Positions 27,134 to 39,171 of a stretch of DNA of 64,000 nt are shown here, one piece after another. The stretch is from assembly GCA_964276515.1 (NCBI GenBank), contig OZ193909.1, forward strand, positions 10,726,001 to 10,790,000. The letters run 5' to 3'. Position 1 is the stretch's first letter; each line of letters begins with the position of its first letter. Origin of the DNA: Gordius albopunctatus (Eukaryota). Both the position numbers and the translations under genes were made by a program. The notes beneath the pieces were generated by a model, which worked only from the letters and a program-made list of their open reading frames with translations, made no database searches and was not told the DNA's origin.

Positions 27134-30100
27134 TCTATATATATAAAAATCTAAGTCCCGTTTTTTTGTACGCTAATAACTTTTGAAGTTCTCAACCGAT
27201 TGCCATCAAATTTGGCCAGATTATTGCCTTATCATTGTAGATGGTTTATAGATACTTTTTATCAAGCTGCGACAGCGGGAACCATGTTTTTTAATTTGGT
27301 TACCGCCATCTAGCGGACGTTAGCAACAACGCTTATCTCGATTATTATTTTATGTTAGAGTTGTGCTCATCGTTTTAAATGTTTTTCTACTAATCTTTTG
27401 TCACATATTTCACTATTTTTATTCACCTTTGGGTTATTTTTTACATTATATATATATCTGTTACAACTAAATAATTAAAAACCGTAGAACATCAAAAATT
27501 TTATAATATAAAAAAGACGCGTGCTCTGTCAAAGGTTTATGTATCTAAACGTTTGACGTGAAAATATTGTTATAATAATCAAAGCGCGCATCAAAAGTAC
27601 AAAGTTTCATATAATAAAAACAGCCCACTTCAAGATATTACAAATGATTTCTCCATATGTTGGCTTATATTTCTGAAAAGTCTAAACCAAAGAACGAAAT
27701 CACTGCTGTTTAAGTAACCTCAATTTTATTACTTTAATAATTTTTTAGCATACAAAGTTTCATTTAATAAAAACAGCCCACTTCAAGATATTACAAATAA
27801 TTTCTCCATATGTTGCCTTATATTTCTGAAAAGTCTAAACCCAAGAAAACAACACACCATGCATTAGAAACAACTAAAATCACTGCTGTTTAAGTAACCT
27901 CAATTTTATTACACTACATTTTTGCTTTAATAATTATTTAAGCCCACTTCAAGATATTACAAATAATTTCTCCATATTTTGCCTTATATTTCTGAAAAGT
28001 CTAAACCCAAGAAAACAACACATCATGCATTAGAAACAACTGAAATCACTGCTGTTTAAGTAACCTTAACAATTTTATATTAGAAATATTTTTCCAAACT
28101 AAGAGCATTTCTATGGTATTTTTTACCCCACATTTAAATTTGTTATATCTTTTTAACCATATTTGATTAAAACTTCAAACTTTAAACTTATCTTTGTAAA
28201 ATACTATTGAATGTTTTTAATACATAGGGAAACATTATACTATTATTACACTACATTTTTACTTTAATAATTTTTTAGCATACAAAGTTTCCTTTAATAA
28301 AAACAAGTTTTACTTTAAAAAAAATTTGACTTATTTATGTATTTTTCATTTTCTTAGTATATCGACTTTAGATTCATGCGCCCCAATAAAACATCTATTG
28401 GACGTAAAACACGAAATACGGATCGAGTGCGCCGATTGCGTGCTCTTGAGCTTGAAAATGAACTACAACAGTCTGCAACTCTGCTTCAGCCACCTTCACG
28501 TGCTCAGCCATTACCCGCAGGCAACCGCCTAGCATTTTCTTACCCATCTAATATTGAAGGTTCACGTCGCCATGTTCTCATTGGTACTATGTCTATTGTG
28601 TGTCCTCATTGCAATGCCTTGAAATTTGCTGGAGAAACGACTGGAATGTGTTGCTCAGCCGGAAAAGTTAAACTGCCTCACCTTGCAGAACCGCCTGATC
28701 CATTAAAAACATTGCTGGCTGGTTATACCACTGATTCTAAACATTTTCTATCTAACATCAGGAAATACAACTCCTGTTTCCAAATGACGTCGTTTGGCGC
28801 TGATGTTGTAACCACACAATTCATGCCTACATTCAAGGTAAAAAATCAAATTTATCATAAAGCCGGATTCCTCCTTCCATTGCCAGAAGTGCAACATATG
28901 TTCCTACAACTATATTTTATCGGAGATGATAAGATAGAATTAGGTGCACGCCTCGACATTTTTAGCGGTTTAAAAAGATCCATCGTTTCACAGCTTCAGT
29001 TGCTGTTTCATGCTAATAATAATTTAGTGCGTTTATTCAAAACTGCACTGGACATAATGCCTTCAGATACCCACAAAATAGTCATTCATGCTGACAAAGC
29101 TCCTCCGGGAGAACATGGGAGAAGATTTAATGCCCCAACTATACATGAAGTCGCCATTGTTATAGTTGGGGATCAATTTCAACCTAGAGACATTGTGCTT
29201 CATAGGAGAAACAATGCTTTGACACAAGTTTCTGATACTCATCACTGCTATGACCCCCTACAATATCCAATTATATTTTGGGATGGTGCTGACGGATATC
29301 AAATTAACGTTAAGATGATAAATCCAATCAATGGCGAACCTACAAACTCAAAATGCAGCGCTATGAACTATTATTCATACAGAATAATGATTCGAGCGGA
29401 CGGGGACAATTTTATTTTAAAATGCCGGCAATTATTCCACCAATACATCGTGGATATGTATGCCAAAATTGAATCGGAGCGTTTGCTATACATCCGCTTA
29501 AATCAGACTAAACTTCGCTCAGAAGAATATATCCATTTGCGAGATGCTCTTCGTAACGACTCTAATACCATTAACGTTGGGAGATTAACCATTTTGCCTT
29601 CATCTTATACAGGAAGTCCACGCCATATGCATGAATACGCTCAAGATTCAATTGCGTATGTTCGTAAATACGGTCGTCCGGACCTATTTATAACTTTTAC
29701 ATGCAACCCAGCGTGGGACGACATAAAAGACCTTTTGTTTCCTGGTCAATTACCTATCGATAGGCATGACATTACCGCCCGTTTTTTCCGGCAAAAACTT
29801 AAATCAATGCTTAATCTCATTGTTAAGCATGAGGTATTTGGGTCTGTGCGTTGCTGGATGTATTCAGTCGAATGGCAAAAGAGAGGTTTGCCTCATGCCC
29901 ATATACTCATATGGCTATATAGCAAGATTATGTCAAACGAAATCGACGCTTTAATATCTGCTGAAATTCCCGACCCCAACTTAGATAACGATTTGTACCT
30001 AATTGTTACAAAAAATATGATACACGGCCCTTGCGGAACACTTAATCCAAGATCGCCATGCATAAAAGACGGCAAATGCTCAAAGCGATATCCTCGAAGC

Positions 30101-33100
30101 TTAGTATGCAATACAATTACCGGCAACGATGAATACCCTTTGTACAAAAGAAGATCAATAGAAGATGGTGGTAACGTAGCACCCATCCCCATACGCAATG
30201 CAACGGTCGAGGTGGACAACCGATGGGTTGTTCCATATAGTCCTCTGCTCTTAAAATTATACAAAGCTCACATCAACGTTGAGTATTGTAACTCCGTTAA
30301 ATCCATCAAATATATTTGTAAATATGTAAACAAAGGCAGTGATATGGCAGTTTTCACTGTTCAACCAGATAGCATAGCCCAATTAGGGAACCTTCACACC
30401 GATGAAATCGCACAGTATCAGGCTGGAAGATACATTAGCAGTAATGAAGCTGTGTGGCGTATTCTATCCCTCCCCATACATGACCGTAGTCCTGCTGTGG
30501 TTCACTTAGCCGTGCATCTAGAAAATGGGCAGCGAGTTTATTTTACAAATGCTAATGTCCAACAAATCGCCTTAAACCCCCCCCCCCCCGACACAACGCT
30601 CACAGCTTTCTTCAAGCTATGACAACATGATGTTTTTGCGCAGACGCTGCTCTATTCAGAGGTACCTACCTACTACACATGGAATTCGCGTAGCAGATCG
30701 TTTTGCCGTCGCAAACGTGGAAAGCGTGTCGATGGACACCCTGACATATTCGAAGATGATGCGATAGGCCGACTATACACTATCCATCCCAATCAAGATG
30801 AATGTTTCTTTCTTCGCATGCTTTTAATTAATGTACGTGGTCCTACATGTTTCCAAGAATTAAAAGTGGTCGACGGTGTTGTACATCCCACTTTCCGCAG
30901 TGCATGCCAAGCTATGCATCTATTAGAACACGATAATCAGTGGTATGAATGCATCAGTGAAGCGTGTCATACTACAAATCCAAAACAAATCCGTGCATTA
31001 TTTGCGATTATATTGACTTCATGCTCTCCGTCAAATCCTAAATCTTTATGGGATAAATATAAAGCACACATGGCAGAAGATATTATTCATCGGAATAGTA
31101 CTTCACATCCTATCATTAACATGCCTCAAATGTCACATTATAATCAAACTTTAATTATTCTTGAAGATTTATGCTTACAAATCGGGAATAAAGTTTTAAT
31201 ACAATTGGGGATGCCTGCGCCTAATCGCTCTTCTGCCGCTCCATTACATGCCGAATTCTACCGTGAACTTAATTATAACCAAGAAGATCTTTTGTTTTAT
31301 GTGCGCTCTAATGTTCCAAGGCTAACACTCCAACAAAAAGCCATTTATGATACAATATTATTAGCTGTTAATAAAGGTTCTGGAGATATTTTTTTCTTAG
31401 ATGCTCCTGGCGGAAGTGGTAAAACATTTTTACTGACTTTACTTCTTGCAACTGTTCGATCCCAAAATGAAATAGCCGTGGCTCTTGCATCTTCCGGAAT
31501 AGCTGCGACATTGTTACCTGGTGGTAAAACTGTTCATTCAGCATTAAAATTGCCTTTAAACATTCATTATAGCGAAACTCCCATGTGCAACATTTCCCGA
31601 GCATCTGGAATGGGTAAAGTATTAGAAAGATGCAAACTTATCGTTTGGGATGAATGCACAATGGCCCATAAAAAATCGCTCGAAGCTCTAGATCGTTCTT
31701 TGCAAGATTTGCGGCGAGATTCCAGAACATTTGGTGGCGCATTTTTATTGCTTGCAGGAGATTTCAGGCAAACTTTACCAGTGCTTCCTCGATCAACCCC
31801 TGCTGATGAGCTCAATGCTTGCCTAAAATATTCTATTTTATGGCCTTATGTCAAAACCTTAAATTTAACTACTAATATGCGTGTAATGTTACAAAATGAG
31901 CAAGCATGTGAGTTATTCTCCCATCAATTGCTAGAAATTGGAAACGGAACCGTGCCCGTCGATATAAACACAGGACGGATTTCATTTCCTACCAAATTCT
32001 GCCATTTTGTGTCGTCCAAAACAGCTTTGGTAGAAAATGTTTTTCCAAATATTAACACCCATTATCAGGATCGAATATGGCTCCGTCAACGGGCTATTCT
32101 TGTCCCAAAGAATAAAGACGTCCAAGAACTTAACAATCTCATTCTGTCTACAATTGACTGCACTCCAGTTACCTACAAATCGGTTGACACTGTTGTTACT
32201 GCTGATGACGCTGTTAATTATCCGCTCGAATTTTTAAATTCGTTGGATCTCCCAGGCATACCACCACACGTTTTGCATTTGAAAATTGGCGTACCGATTA
32301 TGATGTTGCGCAATGTTAATCAGCCAAAACTTTGCAACAGCACACGTCTTGCTATTAAACGCTTAATGTGCAACGTTGTTGAGGCCACGATTTTGACTGG
32401 ACCTTTCACTGGAGAAGATGTCCTCATACCACGGATCCCTTTGATTCCAACAGATTTACCCTTTGAATTCAAAAGATTGCAATTTCCTTTTAAACTCGCA
32501 TTTGCTATTACCATTAACAAAGCTCAAGGCCAGTCTCTAGAATTTTGTGGTATAGATTTAGAAACAGATTGTTTTTCACATGGACAATTATATGTTGCAT
32601 GTTCGCGCGTCGGCAATCCACAAAATTTGTATATCTACACAGATAATAACATAACCAAAAATATTGTCTATCCCCAAGCATTATAGCAATTTCTTCCTTT
32701 CTAAGGAAGAAGTTAAGCTGCGAAGCATCTCTTACCCGAACCTACAACCCTCTTTATAACGCCTCACTACTTTTCTGCATGAATAATTAAAGGTAGTATT
32801 ATTTCTATTTATCCACTCATAACTTTTAGCAATTACCATTAAAGCCTATTGATTTTACTCGCGTATAATCACCTTTTAAATTCTATAATTTTATATTTCT
32901 TTTAGCATTTCTCCCCTTTTTATTAGATTTTGACTGGACCTTTCACTGGAGGAGATGTCCTCATAACACAGATCCTGCCGTTTTTTTGTGCGCTAATAAC
33001 TTTGGAAGTTCTCAACCGATTGCCGCCAAATTTGGCCAGATTATTGCCTTAGCATTGTAGATGTATTAATAAATATTTTATATCGCTCTTCAATAAATAT

Positions 33101-33250
33101 TATGGATATTTATTTGCATTAGCATTAGGACCTTTCACATTATAAATTATTTCATATATGACCTTATTTTAGATAAGTCTTATTAATAGGTTATACTTAT
33201 TTAACCACTTAAGGACTGAGCCAAAGCAACGCTTGGCCGGGCACAGCTAG
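27134..33250 (+). mobile_element. Helitron B, full length (6117 bp)
   Basis: 5' end A|TCTATATATATAAAAATC; 3' hairpin GCCAAAGCAACGCTTGGC then CTAG|T. Inserted between A and T with no TSD. The 5' region has tandem repeats (27596-28310). Confidence 0.95.
28376..32686 (+). pseudogene. Helitron RepHel (HUH-Y2 Rep + PIF1 helicase), ~1436 codons, interrupted by one in-frame TGA at 30620-30622
   Basis: Motifs include the Zn-finger CPHC...CC, VEWQKRGLPHAHIL (HUH), KYICKYVNKG (Y2), DAPGGSGKT (Walker A), WDE, GDFRQ and FSHGQLYVACSRV. ORFs 28376-30622 and 30818-32686 share a frame, with 65 open codons between them. Confidence 0.92.
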
Positions 33251-33408
33251 TTATTAATAAAATATATGCTTTAACATTCATTAAACTATTTATACTCAGA
33301 TTTTAAAAAATCACTTATTTTATTGATTTATTAATATTTAATTTTATTTATTATATTTTTATATATATTGCACAAACCACAGCTCCTATTCCTACTGTTA
33401 TATTTGAT

Positions 33409-35694
33409 ATGCCCATCGAATTTAAATTAACTCAAAATAAAAACCGAATTTTAGTCTTAGGGGAATATGAATATACCCAAGCTAAAGTTGGGAAAAAATT
33501 GCAACTTTATTTTAAGTGCCGAACAAAGAAATGCCAAGGACGAGGCATATACCAAAATGCTGATTTCCATATAACTCAAGAACACTCAGATATTCCTCAC
33601 AAAAGTATATTTATAATAATTTTTTTATCATGGTGTATTTAGTCTATCCCAAAATAAATATAAATGAAACTCATATACAAATCAATCCAATTGAAGCACC
33701 TACATCACTAGTTGTTTCTAGGTCACCACTGGAAACACTTAACATGGAAAATATATCTTGTAAGTAAATAGTTTAGTCGTTAGATGAACTATTTTAGGTT
33801 TTATAAATCGTGTACGAGCAAATTCAATAAATCCTCAAACTATTAGAGGTACTTCAAGCGAATATACACCTTCAATTTAAATATATTGTGAATTATATAT
33901 TTTTTATAGGACAAGCCTCTCTACCTTCCATGACAATTGATAACAATATCTCAAATAATATTATGTCTTTTTCAAGTAAAAATATATTTAATTTTTAATA
34001 AAGGGCCAATAAACATACTGGCTGAATCAACACTTGATAACGTTACTCCTACATCAAGTAAAGTTTATTATTTAAAGGATTTAATATATAAATATAAGGT
34101 TCTCTTGAAGATGCTCAGATATTATTGGATGCTTTCCAAATAATCCAGACAAATAACCAAAGTAATATTCTTTTAATGTAAATTATATCACAGTTTTTAG
34201 TCAATGCTCCCGAGTTTTTGCCGTCAAACAATGGAACTTTGCTTTATTTTGAAAACTATCTTTACCGTAAAAATATGGAAAAGAATGGTACCGTTTACTA
34301 CGGATGCCGGAAACTGTCATGTTCTGGCAGAGTCAAAGAGGTTTTGGGAATTTTTTCTCAATTGCGTCCCCACAATCACGCGCCCCCTATTGGGGAATAT
34401 GAAAAAATAATCACTAACATTGAATTAAAAAATGGGGTTCTGGATGACCCTAAAGAAAGGATAAGCAAGATATATTACAAAGTCATAGCGGAGAGGCTGA
34501 GGGACAATCCTGACCTCAGGGACCATCCTGAAGCCATCCCACTGTTAAGGTCTGTTAAAAAAAGCTAAAAAAATGGATCCATTTAGGTACGACACGCCTA
34601 AGGATAATGACGACATTATCCTTAAGCCGCATCATTTCAAAACTCATGGTGGCGAAAACCTTTTGCTCTGGAACGAGGAAAATATGATTTTTATTTTTGG
34701 GACAGCCGACCTATTAAAGATAATGTGTGAATCCAAAAATATTTATTGTGACGGTACCTTTAAATGTTGCCCCCAACATTTTACTCAAGTATTTACATTT
34801 TTATAATATATCCGTAACGTTTTTTTTCGATTTATACAATTCATTCTTATTACAGGGAGCACATGGTTCCGGTAGTATATACACTTCTGCCTGATAAAAC
34901 CGAAGATACTTATAAGAAAGTGTTCAGGAAACTTATTCAGATTTGTGCTACATTGCAGCTAGTTTTCGCCCCAAACTTTGCACAGGTTGATTTTGAATGG
35001 GCAAGCATCGGGGCCTTGGAAGCCTGCTTCCCTAATATTATTATAAAGGGTAAAATTTAATGTTTTGTTTATATAAGTTTTAGGTTGCTTGTTTCATTTT
35101 GGCCAGGCGATCTATCGACACGCTGGGTCTGGCAAAATGAAGACTCTTTATTCATCAAACGCTGATTTCAAGCGCAGCGTTCGTCGTCTTTTAGCATTAT
35201 CATTTGTGAAGAGAGGGCACATCCGCGATGTCATGACCCATTGCATGGTCTAGCCCAATGTGCGCGGCTATAGAGAAATTGAGAATTTTTTTTTGTACAT
35301 CCACAATACCGAGAGGGACCCTTTGTTCCCCTATGATATGTGGCAACGGCTTGATGCAGAGGGTCCCCGTACCAACAACCACCTAGAAGGGTTTCATAAT
35401 GCTCGTAGAAGTGGGCTTAAACAAACCCACCTTACTATTTATGTGTTTGTTGATTTCCTGCAAGACCTGCAAGAAAAAACTAATGTTGATTTACTACACA
35501 TCTCTCAGGGCAAGAGAGTGTATGAAACAAATAAAAAATACGCTTCTATAAATTATCATATAAATCGCCTTATAGCTCAATATACAAATGTATCTAACCC
35601 TATGCCCCTATTTCCATATGTTGATGCCATCTCTAATTATATGCACTTACAAGGTCACGATGCCCCGTTATATGATGAAATTTATTTACAATAA
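33409..35694 (+). pseudogene. Spliced MULE transposase with two FLYWCH-type zinc fingers, disrupted
   Basis: FLYWCH-like YFKCRTKKCQGR..H and YYGCRKLSCSGRV...HNH. DDE core YCDGTFK, VDFE, GCLFH and RTNNHLEGFHN. Stop at 34566-34568 and a frameshift near 35200-35260. Confidence 0.85.
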
Positions 35695-36494
35695 TAAATA
35701 TAAATTTGTTTAAATTTTAATTTTTAACTACAAGCTTAAAGATATGTTAATATTTCGCGCTGCATGTGTTTTATATTTACTGATAGACCATCTTATATTA
35801 TTTATATCTCACTAAATATTTTGGAATGTCTTTACTATATTGGTTACATGCCAATAGTAAATGATCTTTATTATTAAACGTTTCAATTTCACGCTCTAAA
35901 AATTTTTTGCCCATATGTCCCATGTCAAGATGATAATTTGAATTACTTTTGCGGATATTACAAGCTCAAACATATAAATAGTTTGGAACGGCTTAAATAT
36001 ATTGGCTAGATGCTAATAATTTATGATGAAAAATAATCTTTAACGGTTCATTTGCATGTCTAAACAAATGCTTGCCCATAATGTGGGATGTTGAAATGAT
36101 AGGTGGTCCGTCAACTTGCCGAAAACCATCTCGCCGAATTTAATGTCCCACGGTAAAAAAAGGTCCCCCATTTTGTGATTGGTTGAATGGGGAACGATTT
36201 TAAATTAGGGGACCTTTTTTAATCGAGGGACATTAAATTAGGCGAGATGATTTTTGGCGAGTTGATAGGGGGCCTAAATGAATAAATCCTATATGAGCTA
36301 ACTCTTTACAAATAAATTGTCTAAGTTTGATTATTGCTAATTATAACATAACCTAACAAGAACTATAAAAAAATTATCCTAACTTTTTTAACTACTTTCA
36401 TACATTATTTTACATACTATTTATTTTTAAATGTAACAATAGTATGTATAACTGTATTAAGCTTATTTTAATTATACTATATTGTACATTAAGC

Positions 36495-37100
36495 ACATTA
36501 GTGATAATATTTATTCATTTTATATATATAATTAACTATTATTATATGTTAGTTATATCAAATAGATGTTATATCAGGTATAAAATGCACTAGTGCTAAT
36601 ATTTATTCATTTTATATATATCATTAACTATTATTATCTGTTATTTAAATCCCATAAATATCACAACAGATAGAATATGCACAAGTGGTAATATCTATTC
36701 ATTTTATATATATCATTAACTATTGTTATATGTTAGTTATATAAGATACATGTTACAACAGATATAAAATGTATAACGTTTTATAGCATTACTTTAGCTT
36801 TACATATGCTATACATACAAATTGAACGAATTTATAGTAACACATGTTCATTAATTATTAACTATTATTATTATTAACAGTTAAATCTAATTGATTTGTT
36901 ACAATGTAATTAAAATGTTTTATATAACATTAAATATAATTATAAACGTTTTATAGCCTTACTCTAACTATAATTATGCTATATATACACATTACACCAA
37001 TTGATAATAATACATGTTCCTTAATTATTAACTATTATCATTATTAACAATTAAATCTAATTTATTTAATACTATATAATTAAAATATATTATAATATCC
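36495..37100. repeat. AT-rich tandem repeats (~93-bp x3, then ~170-bp x2)
   Basis: GTGATAATATTTATTCATTTTATATATA-like units occur near 36501, 36593 and 36686. TATAACGTTTTATAGC...TTAAATCTAATT occurs near 36772 and 36942. Confidence 0.75.
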
Positions 37101-37489
37101 ATATGTTTATATGTACAAATTAAATATTTCATATGATCCGAATTTCTAATTCATGAATACAAAAATTTTACTGGATGTACCCGAATCCAAAATTTCCTAT
37201 TAATCATATGCTCAATTCCCAATTATTTCAAAACTGGTTAAAATAAAATTTTTTTTATAAAATTAAAATTTTTTTTTGACAGAACATAGAAATGAAGAAT
37301 TTATGGCAAATTTTATAAATTATATAGCAGATATCTCCTTCGATAGTGATATAGATAGTAATGTAATACTAATTTATTTTTTATGAACATATTGCATGTT
37401 AGTTCTTTAAATAATTATATATTTTTATGGCATATGAACATTTATAAAATAAAGCGTAGATGGCAACTTTAGAATAAATTATCAATAAC

Positions 37490-37620
37490 TCCGTTTTCTT
37501 TGTTCTCTAATACCGATTGCCACCAAATTTGGCCCGATCATTGCCTTATATCCTAGATGATTTATATATACTTTTTATCGACCCGCCATCTAGCGGAGGA
37601 GACATACAACGTTCTTATGC
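37490..37620 (+). mobile_element. Diverged Helitron 5' subterminal fragment
   Basis: ACCGATTGCCACCAAATTTGGCC...ATACTTTTTATC...CCGCCATCTAGCGGA aligns with 27158-27330. Confidence 0.7.
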
Positions 37621-38266
37621 TTATTTATCGTTATGGTACTGCTTATTGCCTTAAAAAGCTTTCTAACGATTGGTTTTTCTTTTGTGTCTAAATATTTCAC
37701 TCACCTACGCCCGTTTTCTACAATATACAAGCCTATGACAAATAAATATTCTCAATACCCGAAATAATCACCATTTTCTTAAATAGAAATAACGGGCGCT
37801 TTTGCAAACATTCTTACGTTTCGTTCTTTTTTCTTATTTTTACGAAGTTTGGTTTTAATATCAAAAGTACAAAAAACATTATTTTAACGGATAAATGCAG
37901 AGAATGGTTACAGGAAACTCTTAAAATGCAGTGCTATAAGCTAGAATAATGCTTTAAGATTAAGATGCAGCTCTTAACGACCCTTATACAATTAATGTCA
38001 GGAAACTTACCATTTTGTCCATATTGTGGCGTTTTAGACAGTGTGGAGATCAAGTAACCAACTGACGATTATTACTTTGCTTTCAATCATCCATCCATGT
38101 TAATTTCATCATCCCACATCCTCCTTCGAAAAACAATCATACCAACATTTCATCACTAATATTAATATTTGCTTATTAATTATTCATTTTTTATTGTTAT
38201 CGCGCGTGTGAAAATATAGAAATAAACAAATACCTCACAATCATAACATTGGTAACCTGAAACGTG

Positions 38267-39124
38267 ATGGAAATGAACACAACAATCCCAGACTCCAACG
38301 AACCAAGAGAAAGAGCAGTTCATGTGAGAATTTCTGAATTCCATCCTAAAAATGTACGCATATGGTTGTCGCAGGTAGAAGCCGTGTTTCACACACCCAA
38401 CATATCCTCGCAGAAGACTATATGTTCCTACCTAGTCGAGTCACTACCCCCAGAAGTCGCGGAAGAGGTGGCAGACCTCATATTCGCGGTTCCAGAATCC
38501 ACCCCTTACGACAAGCTGAAGGAAGCAATCGTGAAAAGACTAGGAGACAGTGACGAAAAGAGAATAAGAAATTTATTCTCTGGAATATTCCTTGTAGACC
38601 GCACCCCCTCCCAGTTTGTAAGATACTTAAAATCCCGTTTAGGTAATAATGTGATGGACGAAAAGATCCTAAAAAGCCTCTGGATGGACAAGCTACCCCA
38701 ACATGTGGTAAGCATTTTGGCTAATATGGGATATGATCAATCACTAGATCGTATCGCAGAGGTTGCTGATAGGATTCACGAAACTTTCAGAGTCAGCAGC
38801 TTGGCATTAGTAGCTACTTCCTATAACCTCACTCCAAACAACCCTACTCACAACATTCTGATTCCCAATATTCCTTTCGCCAATATTCAAACAAACGAAG
38901 TGCAGGAACTTATCAAAGCTGTGTCACAATTAGAACTCAGAGTAAATCAATTAACAAGCAATCCCAACGGCAGTAGGATGACATGGAGATCGACAAGTAG
39001 ATTTAGGTCATCATCCAGAAAACGGCCAGCTGACACTTGTTGGTACCATTATAAATTCGGAAAGGAAGCGAGGTAGTGCATGCAGCTATGCAATTTTAAC
39101 ACCAACACCCAACAAAAAAACTGA
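38267..39124 (+). pseudogene. Gypsy gag with a premature TAG at 39074-39076
   Basis: WLSQVEAVF, PYDKLKEAIVKRL, DRTPSQF and CWYHYKFGKEAR*C..LC (Cys-His box). The frame continues to TGA at 39122-39124. Confidence 0.85.
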
Positions 39125-39171
39125 CGGGCCGTCCCATATGGGCGGATATGGAAAACGGCCGTACTTTCAGC
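39115..39171 (+). promoter_or_regulatory. -1 programmed ribosomal frameshift signal (gag-pol)
   Basis: Slippery heptamer A_AAA_AAC in gag phase just before TGA, followed by the stem-loop GGCCGT-CCCATAT...ATATGG-AAA-ACGGCC. Pol is in the -1 frame. Confidence 0.8.

Larger units (their letters stand above)
26263..36274 (+). mobile_element. Mutator-like element (MULE), apparently interrupted by Helitron B
   Basis: The ~80-bp TIR-like sequence at 26263-26342 is the reverse complement of 36195-36274, and the pair encloses a FLYWCH-MULE transposase. No TSD flanks this pairing, so the boundaries are inferred. Confidence 0.6.

Noticed and set aside
30577..30589. C13 run as a frameshift site in RepHel
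   Set aside because: The frame is kept across the run (NPPPPDTTLTAFF). The break is the TGA at 30620.
29063..32520. Antisense and alternate-frame ORFs within RepHel (similar ones occur in Gypsy and HGS)
   Set aside because: They are shadow ORFs of real coding sequence with no motifs of their own.
28376..32686. Horizontal transfer of the Helitrons from an arthropod
   Set aside because: The proteins resemble widespread invertebrate Helitrons, but transfer cannot be judged without database searches and host taxonomy.
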